A stretch of 64,000 nucleotides of DNA from Kofleriaceae bacterium (lineage in GTDB: Bacteria > Myxococcota_A > Polyangia > Haliangiales > Haliangiaceae). This document shows, piece after piece, positions 11,836 to 27,173 of the stretch. The stretch covers positions 1 through 64,000 of the forward strand of contig JBKJLC010000052.1 of the NCBI GenBank assembly GCA_046597055.1, given 5' to 3'. Within the stretch, counting starts at the first letter, position 1. Each line of letters begins with the position of its first letter. The notes beneath the pieces were generated by a model, which made no database searches, was not told the DNA's origin, and saw only the letters and a list, made by a program, of their open reading frames with translations. Made by a program: the position numbers and the translations under genes.

Positions 11836-12533
11836 ACGGCCGCTCCTTGCGCGGGAGCCGGTTGACGGAAGGGCATCCCGAGAAGCGCGAGCAGAGCCCG
11901 ACCCTCGTTGTCCGTCTTGGCGGTGGTGACGATGCTGATGTTGAGCCCCTTGACCGAGTCGATCTTGTCGTACTCGATCTCCGGGAAAATGATCTGTTCG
12001 CGAACGCCCATCGTGTAGTTGCCGCGACCGTCGAAGCCCTTGCTCGACACGCCGCGGAAGTCACGAACGCGCGGCAGCGCGACGTTGACCAGACGATCGA
12101 GGAACTCCCACATGCGGTCACCACGGAGCGTGACCATCACGCCGATCTTGTGGCCCTTGCGGAGCTTGAAGACCGCGATGTCCTTCTTGGCCTTGCACAC
12201 CACCGGCGCCTGGCCGGCGATCAGCTTCATCTCTTCGATGGCGCTGTCGATGAGCTTGGCCTCGTGGGCGGCCCGGCCGAGACCCATGTTGAGCGAGATC
12301 TTGACCATCCGCGGCACTTGCATGACCGAGGTGTAGCCGAAGTCCTTGCTCATCTGTGTCTTGACCGTGTCCAGGTACTGGCGCTTCAGCCGGGGCGGCT
12401 GATCGCGCTTGTACGTGGGCGCCGGGCCCGCGGGCTCGGCAACCTTCTTCTTGCCCTGGCCCTGCTTGGCCGGGGGGCGTTCCTTCTTGGGTTCGGCCTT
12501 CGGGGCCGCACCCTTGTCGTCGTCCTTTGCCAT
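11832..12533 (-). CDS. rplE: 50S ribosomal protein L5 with N-terminal extension
   Basis: [31 protein letters not shown]. Confidence 0.97.
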   Translation of the reverse strand: MAKDDDKGAAPKAEPKKERPPAKQGQGKKKVAEPAGPAPTYKRDQPPRLKRQYLDTVKTQMSKDFGYTSVMQVPRMVKISLNMGLGRAAHEAKLIDSAIEEMKLIAGQAPVVCKAKKDIAVFKLRKGHKIGVMVTLRGDRMWEFLDRLVNVALPRVRDFRGVSSKGFDGRGNYTMGVREQIIFPEIEYDKIDSVKGLNISIVTTAKTDNEGRALLALLGMPFRQPAPAQGAAV

Positions 12534-12549
12534 CGTCAGTGTCCTTCGC

Positions 12550-12867
12550 TCAGACGGCCTGTGCGGGGAAGCGGGTACCGGTCTTCACGCCGACCCGGAT
12601 CTTCTCGCCGTTCTCGACGAGGAACTTGGTGCGGGTGCCGCGGCCGAGCTTCTCGTCCCAGAGCAGCACGTTCGCGATCGCGATCGTGCCTTCCTTCTCG
12701 ATGATGCCGCCCTGCGGGTTCTTCTGGCTCGCCTTGGTGTGGCGCTTGACCAGATGGACCTTCTCGACGATCACGCGCTCGCCGACGATGCGCAGCACCT
12801 TGCCGCGCTTGCCCTTGTCTTTGCCCTTCATGACGACCACGAGGTCGCCGCGACGAACGTGCGCCAT
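12550..12867 (-). CDS. rplX: 50S ribosomal protein L24
   Basis: [27 protein letters not shown] at 12867. Confidence 0.97.
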   Translation of the reverse strand: MAHVRRGDLVVVMKGKDKGKRGKVLRIVGERVIVEKVHLVKRHTKASQKNPQGGIIEKEGTIAIANVLLWDEKLGRGTRTKFLVENGEKIRVGVKTGTRFPAQAV

Positions 12868-13235
12868 CACAGCACCTCCGGAGCCAGCGAGATGATCTTC
12901 ATGAAGCGCTTGGCGCGCAGCTCGCGCGCGACCGGCCCGAAGATACGCGTGCCGATCGGCTCGTTCTCTTTGTTGACCAGGACCGCCGAGTTGCCGTCGA
13001 AGCGGATCGAGCTGCCGTCGGACCGGGCGAGCTCCTTCTTCGTACGGACGATCACGGCGCGGGCGACCTCGCCCTTCTTCACCTTGGAGCCCGGAATCGC
13101 CTCGCGGACGGAGACGATGATGACGTCGCCAATCGACGCGTAGCGCCGACGCGAGCCACCGAGCACCTTGATGCAATAAACCTTCTTGGCGCCGGAGTTG
13201 TCGGCGACATCGAGTACGGAAGTCTGCTGGATCAC
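12867..13235 (-). CDS. rplN: 50S ribosomal protein L14
   Basis: GTG start; [35 protein letters not shown]. Confidence 0.98.
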   Translation of the reverse strand: MIQQTSVLDVADNSGAKKVYCIKVLGGSRRRYASIGDVIIVSVREAIPGSKVKKGEVARAVIVRTKKELARSDGSSIRFDGNSAVLVNKENEPIGTRIFGPVARELRAKRFMKIISLAPEVL

Positions 13236-13567
13236 GGCAGAACCTCCTTGATCATGGTCTGATCGGCCTTGCTGATCGTGCGGAACAGGCGCCAGCGCTT
13301 GGTCCTCGAATAGCGGCGAGCCTCGATGATCTCGATCACGTCGCCGACGTTGCACGCGTTGTGCTCGTCGTGGGCCTTGTACTTGGCCCGGCGGGTGACG
13401 AACTTGTGGAACCGGCGGTCACGGATACGACGAACCACGGTCACGACGACCGTCTTGTCCATCGCATTCGAGGTGACCGTGCCGGTGATCGTGCGGCGCG
13501 AGCCGCGATCATCGGACGTGTCAGTGGGTGCAGCGCCAGCGCTGGCGCCAATGGCAGTGTCGGTCAC
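13232..13567 (-). CDS. rpsQ: 30S ribosomal protein S17
   Basis: [21 protein letters not shown]. Confidence 0.96.
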   Translation of the reverse strand: MTDTAIGASAGAAPTDTSDDRGSRRTITGTVTSNAMDKTVVVTVVRRIRDRRFHKFVTRRAKYKAHDEHNACNVGDVIEIIEARRYSRTKRWRLFRTISKADQTMIKEVLP

Positions 13568-13821
13568 GACTTGGCTTCCTTCTTGGACTTGCGCTTGGCC
13601 TGGCCCTGGGTCTCGGACCCGAGCTCACGGGCGCGCAGGATCGTCAGGATCCTCGCGACCTCGCGGCGCTTCGACAACATATCGGCGGTCGAGGTGACCT
13701 GGTTGGTGTGGCGACCGAGCTGCAAGCGGAACAGCTCGTCCCGCACTCGCGCCAGCGATAGCTTGAGCTCGTCACTCGCCAGATCGCGCAGCTTCTCGAC
13801 GACGTCAACAGCCTTGCTCAT
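13564..13821 (-). CDS. rpmC: 50S ribosomal protein L29
   Basis: ELFRLQL...RREVARILT; position between rplP and rpsQ. Confidence 0.93.
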   Translation of the reverse strand: MSKAVDVVEKLRDLASDELKLSLARVRDELFRLQLGRHTNQVTSTADMLSKRREVARILTILRARELGSETQGQAKRKSKKEAKS

Positions 13822-14240
13822 AGCACCGGCTCCCGCGAAACCATGTGAGTCCTGATCGGCAGCTTGTGGTGGGCACGGAGGAACGCCTCCTTCGCGGTCG
13901 CGGCGTCGACGCCCTCGACCTCGAAGATGACCCGGCCCGGCCGCACGACCGCGACCCAGCCCTCGACGGCGCCCTTACCGGTACCCATTCGGGTCTCGGC
14001 CGGCTTCTTCGTCACCGGGTGGTCGGGGAAGACGCGAACGTAGATCTTGCCGGACTTCTTCACGGCGCGGCTGATCGCGACGCGGGCCGCTTCGATCTGG
14101 CGCGAGGTGATCCAGCCGGGCTGGAGGACCTGCATGCCAAAGTCGCCGAAGGAGACCTGGTTGCCGCCCTTGGCAAGCCCGTTGGTCCGGCCCTTGTGGG
14201 CCTTGCGGAACTTGGTGCGCTTGGGGGAGAGCTGAGACAT
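13818..14240 (-). CDS. rplP: 50S ribosomal protein L16
   Basis: [30 protein letters not shown]. Confidence 0.98.
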   Translation of the reverse strand: MSQLSPKRTKFRKAHKGRTNGLAKGGNQVSFGDFGMQVLQPGWITSRQIEAARVAISRAVKKSGKIYVRVFPDHPVTKKPAETRMGTGKGAVEGWVAVVRPGRVIFEVEGVDAATAKEAFLRAHHKLPIRTHMVSREPVL

Positions 14241-14267
14241 GACGTTTCCTTACGTGCCTGGCTGACC

Positions 14268-14924
<657 letters not shown>

Positions 14925-14960
14925 GGTGTTCCCTGTTTCCTGTCGTCAGTCGTCGGGCCG

Positions 14961-15299
14961 TCAGTCGTCCGAGACGACAACGGTCAGGTGGCTGGTACGG
15001 TGATTGATGCGGTTGGCCCGACCCATCGAGCGCGGCATCCAGCGCTTGATCAGCGCGCCACCGTCGACCGTGATCGTTGCGATCCGGAGATCCTCGACCG
15101 AGACGTCGCCGCCCGAGCGCTCCTCGGCGTTCGACGCCGCCGACTTGACCGCCTTGGAGATCAGGCGGGCAGCCTTCTTGGGCATGAGGTCCAGCATGCC
15201 GACGGCCTCTTCGACCGCCTTGCCGCGGATCAGGTTGGCGACGACGCGCATCTTGCGCGGGGACATCGAGATGCCGCGGATGAGAGCTCTGGCTTCCAT
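14961..15299 (-). CDS. rplV: 50S ribosomal protein L22
   Basis: [22 protein letters not shown]...TSHLTV. Confidence 0.98.
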   Translation of the reverse strand: MEARALIRGISMSPRKMRVVANLIRGKAVEEAVGMLDLMPKKAARLISKAVKSAASNAEERSGGDVSVEDLRIATITVDGGALIKRWMPRSMGRANRINHRTSHLTVVVSDD

Positions 15300-15319
15300 G
15301 ACGATTTCCTCGGGTCTCG

Positions 15320-15604
15320 CTAGCGCTTCTTGTCGCCGCCGCCGCCGCCGTGACCGTGGTACGTGCGGGTGGCGGAGAACTCACCGAGCTTGTGTCCGAC
15401 CATGTGCTCGGTGACGAACACGGGGACGAACTTGCGGCCGTTGTGGACGGCGAAGGTGAGCTGGACCATCTCGGGCGTGATCGTCGAGCGGCGCGACCAG
15501 GTCTTGATGACCCGCTTGTTGGGATTCGATTCCTTCTGCGCCGCCGCGATCTTCTTGTGGAGGAACGACTCGACGTAGGGACCCTTCTTGACTGAACGGG
15601 GCAT
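15320..15604 (-). CDS. rpsS: 30S ribosomal protein S19
   Basis: [27 protein letters not shown]. Confidence 0.98.
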   Translation of the reverse strand: MPRSVKKGPYVESFLHKKIAAAQKESNPNKRVIKTWSRRSTITPEMVQLTFAVHNGRKFVPVFVTEHMVGHKLGEFSATRTYHGHGGGGGDKKR

Positions 15605-15631
15605 GGCTTCCTCTTGGTCCTTACTGCCTGA

Positions 15632-16459
<828 letters not shown>

Positions 16460-16462
16460 TGG

Positions 16463-16792
16463 TCAGACTCCCTCGAAGAACGCGATCTGGTCGCCGGACT
16501 TGAGCGTGACGTAGGCCTTCTTCCAGGCCGGACGCCGGCCCGAGAACTTGCCGACGCGCTTGTCCTTGCCGCGCATGATCTCGGTGCGGACGTTGGTGAC
16601 CACGACCTTGAACAGCGCCTCGATGGCGTTGCGGATCTCGATCTTGTTCGCGTCCTTGGCGACCTCGAACACGACCTGCTGGGCGTAGTCCTCGCCCTCG
16701 GGGTGGCGCTCGTTACCGCCGCCGGTCTCGCGCAGGCGGGCGCTCTTCTCGGTGAGGAGCGGACGCTTGATGACTGTCTGGGGGGCTCGCAT
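16463..16792 (-). CDS. rplW: 50S ribosomal protein L23 with internal insertion
   Basis: [31 protein letters not shown]. Confidence 0.97.
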   Translation of the reverse strand: MRAPQTVIKRPLLTEKSARLRETGGGNERHPEGEDYAQQVVFEVAKDANKIEIRNAIEALFKVVVTNVRTEIMRGKDKRVGKFSGRRPAWKKAYVTLKSGDQIAFFEGV

Positions 16793-16813
16793 GGCCTGGT
16801 CCTTGTCCTGCTA

Positions 16814-17461
16814 CTACTCGGCCGAGGCGGCGGAGCTGCGCAGGTTCGACTCGATGGTCTTGACCGCGCTCTGGGTGAAGACCACCGCCTCGTGGCGGAG
16901 GATGTCGTAGACGTTGAGGCCTTCGGGGGCCAGCCACGTCGAGGTCGGCAGGTTGCGGGCGCCGCGGGCGAGGAGCGTGTTGTCCTTGCCGTCGACGATC
17001 AGCACCTTGCTGGTCGGAAGCGTGATGCCGAGGGCGGCGAGGGCGGCGACGACCGACTTGGTCTTGCCGTCGACCGAGAAGTTGTCGAGAACGATCAACT
17101 TCTGCTCACCGGCCCGAAGCGACAGCGCCGAGCGCAGTGCCGACTTCTTGACCTTCTTGGGAAGGGTGTACTCGTAGCTGCGCGGCTTGGGTCCGAAGAC
17201 CGAGCCACCGCCGACCCAGTGCGGGCCCTTGCGGCTGCCCTGGCGCGCGCGGCCGGTGCCCTTCTGCTTCCACGCCTTGATGCTCGAGCCGCGGACCTCG
17301 CTCATGCGCTTGGTCGATGCGGTGCCGGCGCGGCGCTTCGCAAGCTGCCACTTCACGACTTCCCAGAGCAGGTGCTCGTGGACCTCGACGGCGAAGACCT
17401 CGTCTGCCAGATCGATCTGGCCAACGTTCTTGCCGGCGGTGTTCTTGATATCGAGCTTCAT
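16814..17461 (-). CDS. rplD: 50S ribosomal protein L4
   Basis: [28 protein letters not shown] at 17461 with GAGG RBS overlapping the rpsJ stop. Confidence 0.97.
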   Translation of the reverse strand: MKLDIKNTAGKNVGQIDLADEVFAVEVHEHLLWEVVKWQLAKRRAGTASTKRMSEVRGSSIKAWKQKGTGRARQGSRKGPHWVGGGSVFGPKPRSYEYTLPKKVKKSALRSALSLRAGEQKLIVLDNFSVDGKTKSVVAALAALGITLPTSKVLIVDGKDNTLLARGARNLPTSTWLAPEGLNVYDILRHEAVVFTQSAVKTIESNLRSSAASAE

Positions 17462-17471
17462 GGCAACGTCC

Positions 17472-17780
<309 letters not shown>

Positions 17781-17813
17781 GGGCTGGCTTCCTGGTCCTC
17801 TAAGGAGTCGCGC

Positions 17814-17841
17814 AGTTTACTCAGATCGATCTGAAATGGAA
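17814..17841 (-). promoter_or_regulatory. Possible internal sigma70-type promoter for the S10 operon
   Basis: Minus strand TTCCAT-16 nt-TAAACT followed by GC-rich GCGCG; the spacer contains the palindrome TCAGATCGATCTGA. Confidence 0.35.
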
Positions 17842-17905
17842 GGGGTTTTTACAGGATCTTGGGGGGTGGAGATCGCCTGCCAAGGTCCTGTAATCACAGG
17901 CCCCC

Positions 17906-19102
<1,197 letters not shown>

Positions 19103-19152
19103 GACGCTGCTCTCCTGCGGGCCTTACGAAGCCGAACGTTGGGTTTGCTGCG

Positions 19153-19224
19153 AGCCCTCTGTGAGAATTGAACTCACGACCCCTTCCTTACCAAGGAAGT
19201 GCACTGCCACTGTGCTAAGAGGGC
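19153..19224 (-). tRNA. tRNA-Thr(GGT)
   Basis: Cloverleaf GCCCTCT...CTTCC-TTGGTAA-GGAAG...GTTCAATTC...AGAGGGC-T. Confidence 0.95.
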
Positions 19225-19250
19225 GACGGAATTGAAGAAGCTGGGTTGAG

Positions 19251-19325
<75 letters not shown>

Positions 19326-19346
19326 GAGACTCGACGAAACAACCGG

Positions 19347-19431
<85 letters not shown>

Positions 19432-19473
19432 GATGTCGTGGAACTATTTAGTTTCGAACGTTTACCTGGCCAG

Positions 19474-19546
19474 AGCTGGCGGCGGGACTCGAACTCGCGA
19501 CCTCCTGATTACAAGTCAGGTGCTCTACCGGTTGAGCTACGCCAGC
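19474..19546 (-). tRNA. tRNA-Thr(TGT)
   Basis: GCTGGCG...CCTGA-CTTGTAA-TCAGG...GTTCGAGTC...CGCCAGC-T. Confidence 0.96.
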
Positions 19547-19595
19547 GGAATTACGAAGGAATAGACGAACCCGGTAGCTACGCGCGACGGCCGCC

Positions 19596-19626
19596 AGTGT
19601 ATAGGCGATGACTTTCGCCGAGTCAA
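19596..19626 (-). promoter_or_regulatory. sigma70 promoter of the tRNA-tuf operon
   Basis: Minus strand TTGACT-17 nt-TATACA(CT) followed by GC-rich discriminator GGCGGCCG. Confidence 0.65.
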
Positions 19627-19724
19627 CGGGGTTCCGCGGCTTTTCCCCACCGCCGCACGCTGGGTAGGTTCATGGGGCACCCGCTCGCATCATTATAGAT
19701 AGGCGGGGACGACGATCGGGCGGG

Positions 19725-20981
19725 TCATCGGGTGGCGGTTGCGCCCAGTGCACCCTTGGCGGCGGCCGGCGGGATCACCGCCTCGCCCCGAGCCTCGCGC
19801 GCCAGGATGCCGGTGATCTCGCCGGACTTCACCACCGACGCGCGGCTCCACGCGTTCTCGACCCCGTAGGCGGCGGCGAGCTTGCCGTTCATCTGGTGGC
19901 CGTCGAGGGCGGTGTGCAGGTGCCGGCGGACGCGCTCGTGGACCTCGGTCACGTAGAGCGCGCGCGCCTCCGGCGACAGGCCGTCGGGGTACGGCGCGCG
20001 CACGGCGGTCTCCCAGAGCTCCATGAAGACCTGCGACATACGGTACCCAGCGGCGAGCGCCCAGTAGGGGTCCTTCTGGACGAGGGCCTGCTTCCAGCGG
20101 TCGTAGGCCGCGGCGGCCAGGCGCTCCTTGGCGGCGAGGTCGGTCTTCAGCAGCTCGTCGGCGGACCGCAGCGCCAGCGCGGCGTACTCGCGGTGCGCGA
20201 GCTCGCCGAGGTAGTAGTGGGCCATCGCGATGAAGTACGGGTCCTCGACGTGGGTCGAGCGCCGCCAGGCGGCGACGGCAGCCTCGAGCGCGACCTTGGC
20301 GTCGGCCCCACGGCCCTGCTCCATGAGGACGTAGCCGAGGCGCGCCTCGACCTCGATGCGATCGATGAACGAGACGTCGTCGCGCGCCGCGATCTCGCGC
20401 AGCGTGCGCTCCGACGCGGCCCAGGCGCTGGCCTCGGCCTCCAGGCCGGCGACGCGCAGGTGCGCATCGAGTGACTCGCGGCCGCGCGGGAACCGGGTGA
20501 CCACGTCGCGATACGCCGCGATCGCCGAGGTGGCGTCCCCGAGGTTCTCGTGGATCACCCCGACGTTGAACAGCGCGGCGGGGGCGAGACGCGAGGCCGG
20601 GAACTCGGCAGCGAGCCGACGGTAGAGCTTGATCGCCTCCTGCGGGTGCCCGGCGTCGAGCTGGGCCTTGGCCTGGTCGAGCAGCGTGGACGGAGCCACC
20701 GCGTCGATGCTGCCGTCGCTGTTCGCGACCAGCCGGATCTCCTCGAGGTCGTAGTGCTTGCCGCCGGAGGTGCCGGTGCCGGGACGGCCATCGCTGACGG
20801 CGCCCGGGGTCAGGGCGCCGCCGGCCGCGCCGGCCAGGTCATCCGCGGGCGCGAGCCCGGTGGTCGCGTTGGTCGGCGACGGCGGCGTCGGCGTGGTCCG
20901 GTGTGCGGGTGCGCCGCAGGCGGCGAGCGCGAGCGCGGCGGTGAGCGTGAGGAGCGCGGCGAGGCGGGCGCGGCGATGCAT
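19725..20981 (-). CDS. TPR-repeat lipoprotein
   Basis: Lipobox LAAC; TPR-like helices (A...Y..L...FP.S..AP.ALFN.G; Y..VV..FP). Confidence 0.8.
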   Translation of the reverse strand: MHRRARLAALLTLTAALALAACGAPAHRTTPTPPSPTNATTGLAPADDLAGAAGGALTPGAVSDGRPGTGTSGGKHYDLEEIRLVANSDGSIDAVAPSTLLDQAKAQLDAGHPQEAIKLYRRLAAEFPASRLAPAALFNVGVIHENLGDATSAIAAYRDVVTRFPRGRESLDAHLRVAGLEAEASAWAASERTLREIAARDDVSFIDRIEVEARLGYVLMEQGRGADAKVALEAAVAAWRRSTHVEDPYFIAMAHYYLGELAHREYAALALRSADELLKTDLAAKERLAAAAYDRWKQALVQKDPYWALAAGYRMSQVFMELWETAVRAPYPDGLSPEARALYVTEVHERVRRHLHTALDGHQMNGKLAAAYGVENAWSRASVVKSGEITGILAREARGEAVIPPAAAKGALGATATR

Positions 20982-21203
20982 ATGCCGATAGTGACGCACG
21001 GCGAGGCCAGATGGCGCAGACGGCGGCCAACCGTGCGCAACGGCTGTGCTTGCCACCACGTGCCGGCCCCGCACGTCCGGGCCACCGCCGCCGTGCGCTC
21101 ACGGGCGACGCGGAACCGCGGTCGGCGGTCGCACATCCAGGACTCGACCGCGGCAGCCGGAGCCCGCGGTCGACCTGCATGGAGCGGCGCCGCCCCGCCC
21201 GGC

Positions 21204-21608
21204 TCAGTCGGCGACGACCTTCACGAAGACGCGTCGGCTGCGCGGCCCGTCGAACTCGCAGAAGTAGAGCGCCTGCCACGTGCCGAGCAGCGGCTTGCCG
21301 CCGTCGATGATGAGCGTGATCGACGCGCCGACCAGGCTGCTCTTGATGTGCGCGTCGGAGTTGGTCGCCGCGCTGACGTAGGGCCCGTCGTGGGGGACCA
21401 CGGTGCCGAGCTGCTCGAGGAGATCGGTCTTCACCTTCGGGTCGCTGTTCTCCTGCAGCGTCAGCCCGGCGGTGGTGTGCGGGCAGAAGATGCAGGCGAG
21501 GCCGCTGTCGATGCCGCTCTTGCGGATGGCGGCGCGGACGAGCGAGGTGATGTCGATCGTCTCGATGCGCGTGGTGGTTCGGACGTCGAAGACCTCGGTG
21601 GCCGGCAT
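21204..21608 (-). CDS. yjbQ: YjbQ/UPF0047 family protein (secondary thiamine-phosphate synthase)
   Basis: PHTTAGLTLQENSDP, NSDAHIKSSL, LGTWQALYFCEFDGPR. Confidence 0.93.
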   Translation of the reverse strand: MPATEVFDVRTTTRIETIDITSLVRAAIRKSGIDSGLACIFCPHTTAGLTLQENSDPKVKTDLLEQLGTVVPHDGPYVSAATNSDAHIKSSLVGASITLIIDGGKPLLGTWQALYFCEFDGPRSRRVFVKVVAD

Positions 21609-21743
21609 GAAGCGAGTGGTACCATGCATGAGCCGACGGTTTCGCTTGACGCCGATGGTGTCACACCGCTTTGCTAGATCACGAGAGTCGATGCGCGCGC
21701 GGTCATCACGAACGACACGCACGACACGCCGAGGTCGCTCAGC

Positions 21744-24107
21744 ATGAAGGTCGCGTTCACTCACAACCTCCGTCTCACTGATGTCCGCCACTCCGAGAAG
21801 GAGGCCGAGTTCGATAGCGTCGACACGGTCAACGCGATCGCTGCCGCGATCGAGGCCGCCGGCCACGAGGTCGAAAAGGTCGAGGTCTCGGGCCCGGCGT
21901 CGACCTTGCTCGAGCGCCTCGAGGCGATCGATCCGGACGTCATCTTCAACACCGCCGAGGGCCAGCAAGGCAAGCTGCGCGAGGCGCTCTACCCGGCCCT
22001 GTTCGAGGAGCTCGGCATCCCGTACACGGGGTCCGACGCGTACACGAACGCGCTCACGCTCGACAAGTGGCTGAGCAAGCTGGTGGTCGGGAAGGCGGGC
22101 ATCGACACCCCGCGCGGCAACCTGGTCAACGCGCGCAACTTCGAGCAGGTGGTCGAGGGCGGCTGCGGCCTGGCGTTCCCCGTGATCGTGAAGCCCAACC
22201 ACGAGGGCTCGAGCAAGGGCATCTACGTCGGCAGCGCCAGCGGTGGCTCGAACGGCAGCTCGAACGGGAACGGCGGCGGCGGCGCCGGCGCCCTGCGCGA
22301 CGGCTCGGTCGTCCGCGAGCCCAAGGACCTGCCCTCGGTGCTCAAGGCCGCGTTGCGCGCCTACCCCGACGGCGTCCTGATCGAGGAGTACGTCGAGGGG
22401 ATCGACGTCATGGTCGGCTACATCGACGGCGTCGGGCACGACAACGGCCTGCTGTCGCCGGTCGAGCTCCTGGTCGAGACCACGGCCGAGCGGCCGTACA
22501 ATGTCTGGGACTACCGGCTCAAGAACCTCGAGCCCGGCAAGGTGCAGTTCCGCTGCCCGGCCAACATCCCGCGCGACATCGCGGCGCGGGTCCGGACCAT
22601 CTCGGGCGAGGTGATCCGCACGCTCGGGCTGCGCGACCTGGCGCGCATCGACTTCCGGGTCACGCCGGATGGCCGCATCTACTTCCTCGAAGCCAACGCG
22701 ATCCCGTCGCTGGCGCCGTCGGCGTCGCTGTTCGTGGCGACCTCGCAGCTCGGCATGGGCTACGGCACCACGGTGGCGTCGATCCTGAACGCCGCGGCGC
22801 TGCGCTCGGGCCTGGCGACCGCCAGCCAGCTCGGCGTCCACCGCCGGCCGGGCCGGGCCCAGCCGATCCGGGTCGGGTTCACCTACAACGTGAAGCGCGA
22901 CCACGACGGCGACGACGAGGCCGAGTGGGATCCGCCGGAGACGATCATCGCGATCGCCAACGCGCTGGCCCGCCAGGGGCACATCGTCGTCCACCTCGAG
23001 GCGACGCCGGACCTGCCGCGGGTGCTGGCCGAGGCCGACGTCGACCTGATCTTCAACATCGCCGAGGGTGTCGAGGGCCGGAACCGCGAGGCCCAGGTGC
23101 CGGCGCTGTGCGAGCTGCTCGGCGTGCCCTACACCGGGTCGGACAGCGCGACGCTCGCGATCGCGCTCGACAAGGCGCTGTGCAAGAAGGTGCTGATGCA
23201 GCACGACATCCTGACGCCGAAGTTCCAGCTGATGGAATCGGCGCGGGAGCGGCTGTCGCCGGACCTGTCCTTCCCGTTGATCGTGAAGCCCAACGCCGAG
23301 GGCTCGAGCAAGGGCATCGAGGGCTCGACCAGCGTGTGCGACACCGAGGAGGAGCTGCGCGCGGCGGTGAAGCTGTGCGTCGAGCGCTACCGACAGCCGG
23401 CGCTGGTCGAGGAGTACATCGCGGGCCGCGAGTTCACGGTCGGGCTCCTGGGTGAGAAGCGCCCGCGGGTGCTGCCGCCGATGGAGATCTGCTTCAAGGA
23501 CAAGGACAACGACCGGCCGGTCTACGACTACCAGGTCAAGCAGGAGTGGGAGAAGCACGTCGCGTACGTGTGCCCCGCCAAGCTGACCGAGTCGGAGCAG
23601 AAGGCGGTCGAGAAGATCGCGCGCGCGACGTTCTGGGCGCTCGACTGCCGTGACGTGGCCCGCGTCGATCTGCGGATGGACGCCGACGGGCGCATCTATG
23701 TGCTCGAGGTCAACCCGCTGCCGGGCCTGACTCCGGGATACTCGGATCTGGTGCTGATCGCGCAGGCGGTCGGGATCCAGTACGACCAGCTGATCGCCGA
23801 GATCATGGGCGGCGGCCTGCGGCGCATGCGCGAGAAGCGGCGCGAGGAGCGCGAGCTCGACAAGAAGGAGGCCGCGGCGAAGGCGGTCGCGAGCGAGGCC
23901 GCGAACAAGCTGGAGAAGGCCGCGGAGAAGGCCGAGAAGGCCGCCGAGAAGGCCGAGAAGGCTGCCAAGCGGATCGCCAAGCTCGCCGGCGACAAGGTCC
24001 GCCCGGTGCGGTCGGATGGCACCCCGGCGACGCCCATGGGGCTCGAGTCTTCGGACGGCGACTCCGGTCGCACCGAGCTGCCGGGCGTTCCCACCACCAC
24101 GCACTGA
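21744..24107 (+). CDS. Tandem double ATP-grasp (D-Ala-D-Ala ligase-like) protein
   Basis: Two complete copies of FN.AEG, PYTGSD..L.LDK, FP.IVKPN.EGSSKGI, EEY..G, AR.D.R...DGRIY.LE.N..P; AEK-rich tail. Confidence 0.9.
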   Translation: MKVAFTHNLRLTDVRHSEKEAEFDSVDTVNAIAAAIEAAGHEVEKVEVSGPASTLLERLEAIDPDVIFNTAEGQQGKLREALYPALFEELGIPYTGSDAYTNALTLDKWLSKLVVGKAGIDTPRGNLVNARNFEQVVEGGCGLAFPVIVKPNHEGSSKGIYVGSASGGSNGSSNGNGGGGAGALRDGSVVREPKDLPSVLKAALRAYPDGVLIEEYVEGIDVMVGYIDGVGHDNGLLSPVELLVETTAERPYNVWDYRLKNLEPGKVQFRCPANIPRDIAARVRTISGEVIRTLGLRDLARIDFRVTPDGRIYFLEANAIPSLAPSASLFVATSQLGMGYGTTVASILNAAALRSGLATASQLGVHRRPGRAQPIRVGFTYNVKRDHDGDDEAEWDPPETIIAIANALARQGHIVVHLEATPDLPRVLAEADVDLIFNIAEGVEGRNREAQVPALCELLGVPYTGSDSATLAIALDKALCKKVLMQHDILTPKFQLMESARERLSPDLSFPLIVKPNAEGSSKGIEGSTSVCDTEEELRAAVKLCVERYRQPALVEEYIAGREFTVGLLGEKRPRVLPPMEICFKDKDNDRPVYDYQVKQEWEKHVAYVCPAKLTESEQKAVEKIARATFWALDCRDVARVDLRMDADGRIYVLEVNPLPGLTPGYSDLVLIAQAVGIQYDQLIAEIMGGGLRRMREKRREERELDKKEAAAKAVASEAANKLEKAAEKAEKAAEKAEKAAKRIAKLAGDKVRPVRSDGTPATPMGLESSDGDSGRTELPGVPTTTH

Positions 24108-24172
24108 CGGTCGGGGCGACAAGCGGCGTCCGGGCGAGCGCTACCGGCGAGCGTCGCTGGTAGGCTCGGCGC

Positions 24173-25657
24173 GTGCGCATCGGGACCCGCATCACGGTGG
24201 CGACCGCTCTGTCGGTCACGCTGACCCTTGCGGTGTACGCGCTGTTCGAGGTGCGCGCGCAGGCGGCGGCGGGCCGGCAAGGGCTCGAGGCGGAGGCGCG
24301 GTCGACCGCGCTCGCGATGCGCAGCACGCTCGAGGCGCTGGGGCCGGCGGCGGTGAAGATCGACGCGGCCCGGCTGGCCAAGGAGCTGGCCCGCGACCTC
24401 GGCCGCGGCGCCGGCTGGCGGGTGCTGATCGTGTCGCGCGCGGCGCCGCTGGGCACCCCGACCCCGGTGCTCACCGCCGGGCAGGCGCGCCGCATGCGCG
24501 CGCTGGCGGACTCGCCCCAGCTGGCGCTGGTCGAGGACGAAGAAGGCGCGCTCCACTACGCGGTGCCACTCCGGGCGCCCGGTGACCGCGGCGTGGTCGT
24601 CACCGGCATGCTCGAGCTGTCGCGTCCGACCGCGAAGCTCGACGAGGAGCTGACGCACGATGCCTGGCGGGCCGGGTTGTGGGTGCTCGTGATCGGCAGC
24701 GTCACCACCACCGCGGTGTTCCTCCTCACCCGCACGCTCATGAGCCAGCCGATGTCGAAGCTCCTGAGCGGCATCGACGACGTGGCCAAGGGCGACCTCT
24801 CCCACGTGCTCCTGTCCGAGCGCGACGACGAGATCGGCGCGATCGCGTCGCGCTTCAACGACATGACGTTCTCGCTGCGCGAGTCGCGGGCGGAGACCCA
24901 GCGCCACCACGCGGCCAAGTCGACGCTCGAGCAACGGCTCGCCCACACCGAGAAGCTGGCGACCATCGGCCAGATCGCGGCCGAGATCGCCCACGAGGTC
25001 GGCACACCGCTGAACGTGATCGCGGGGCGCGCGCGCGCCACTCAGAAGAAGGCGGGGGACCCGGAGGTGGTGACCCGCAACGCCGAGATCATCGCCGAGC
25101 AGACCGCCCGGATCACGCGCATCATCCAGCGCCTGCTCGACTTCGCGCGGCGTCGGGTGGGGTCTCCCGAGCTCGAGCGGGTCAACCTCAACCTGGTCAC
25201 GCTCACCACCATGGAGCTGCTCGCCGGCCAGTTCTCGGGCGCAAAGGTCCGGACCCGGCTCGAGCGAGCCGAGAACCTGCCGGCGGTCACCGGTGACGCC
25301 GACCGGCTGCAGCAGGTGCTGCTCAACCTGCTGCTCAACGCCGTGCAGGCGATGCGCGACGGCGGCGCGATCAAGCTCGAGACGCTGGTGGTCTATCGGC
25401 GTCGGCCCGGCCTCGAGCTGGCCCCCGAGCAGACCTACGTGTGCGTCGAGGTCGCAGACAACGGCCACGGCATCCCGCCCGACCGCCGGGACAAGATCTT
25501 CGAGCCCTTTTACACCTCGAAAGATGGCGAGGGCGGCACCGGGCTCGGGCTCGCGGTGTGCGCGGGCATCGTCAAGGAGCACGACGGCTGGATCGAGGTC
25601 GACGACGCCCCGACCGGTGGCGCGGTGTTCCGCGTGTTCTTGCCGGCGGCAGCCTAG
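24173..25657 (+). CDS. Membrane sensor histidine kinase (HAMP-HisKA-HATPase)
   Basis: Two TM segments, [17 protein letters not shown]-box, NLLLNA, DNGHG, GTGLGL. Confidence 0.95.
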   Translation: MRIGTRITVATALSVTLTLAVYALFEVRAQAAAGRQGLEAEARSTALAMRSTLEALGPAAVKIDAARLAKELARDLGRGAGWRVLIVSRAAPLGTPTPVLTAGQARRMRALADSPQLALVEDEEGALHYAVPLRAPGDRGVVVTGMLELSRPTAKLDEELTHDAWRAGLWVLVIGSVTTTAVFLLTRTLMSQPMSKLLSGIDDVAKGDLSHVLLSERDDEIGAIASRFNDMTFSLRESRAETQRHHAAKSTLEQRLAHTEKLATIGQIAAEIAHEVGTPLNVIAGRARATQKKAGDPEVVTRNAEIIAEQTARITRIIQRLLDFARRRVGSPELERVNLNLVTLTTMELLAGQFSGAKVRTRLERAENLPAVTGDADRLQQVLLNLLLNAVQAMRDGGAIKLETLVVYRRRPGLELAPEQTYVCVEVADNGHGIPPDRRDKIFEPFYTSKDGEGGTGLGLAVCAGIVKEHDGWIEVDDAPTGGAVFRVFLPAAA

Positions 25658-25751
25658 CGCGGCGGGCGAGTTGGGTCGTCGGTCGTCCCGACCACGGAAC
25701 CGTGCCGCGCCCGGCGGCGACGCGATCTCGCGCGTGGTAGCGTGCTGGCCG

Positions 25752-27173
<1,422 letters not shown>

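Noticed and set aside
21204..24122. 972-aa minus-strand ORF
   Set aside because: Only the last ~134 aa (YjbQ) are real; the rest is an antisense shadow of the ATP-grasp gene, common in high-GC DNA
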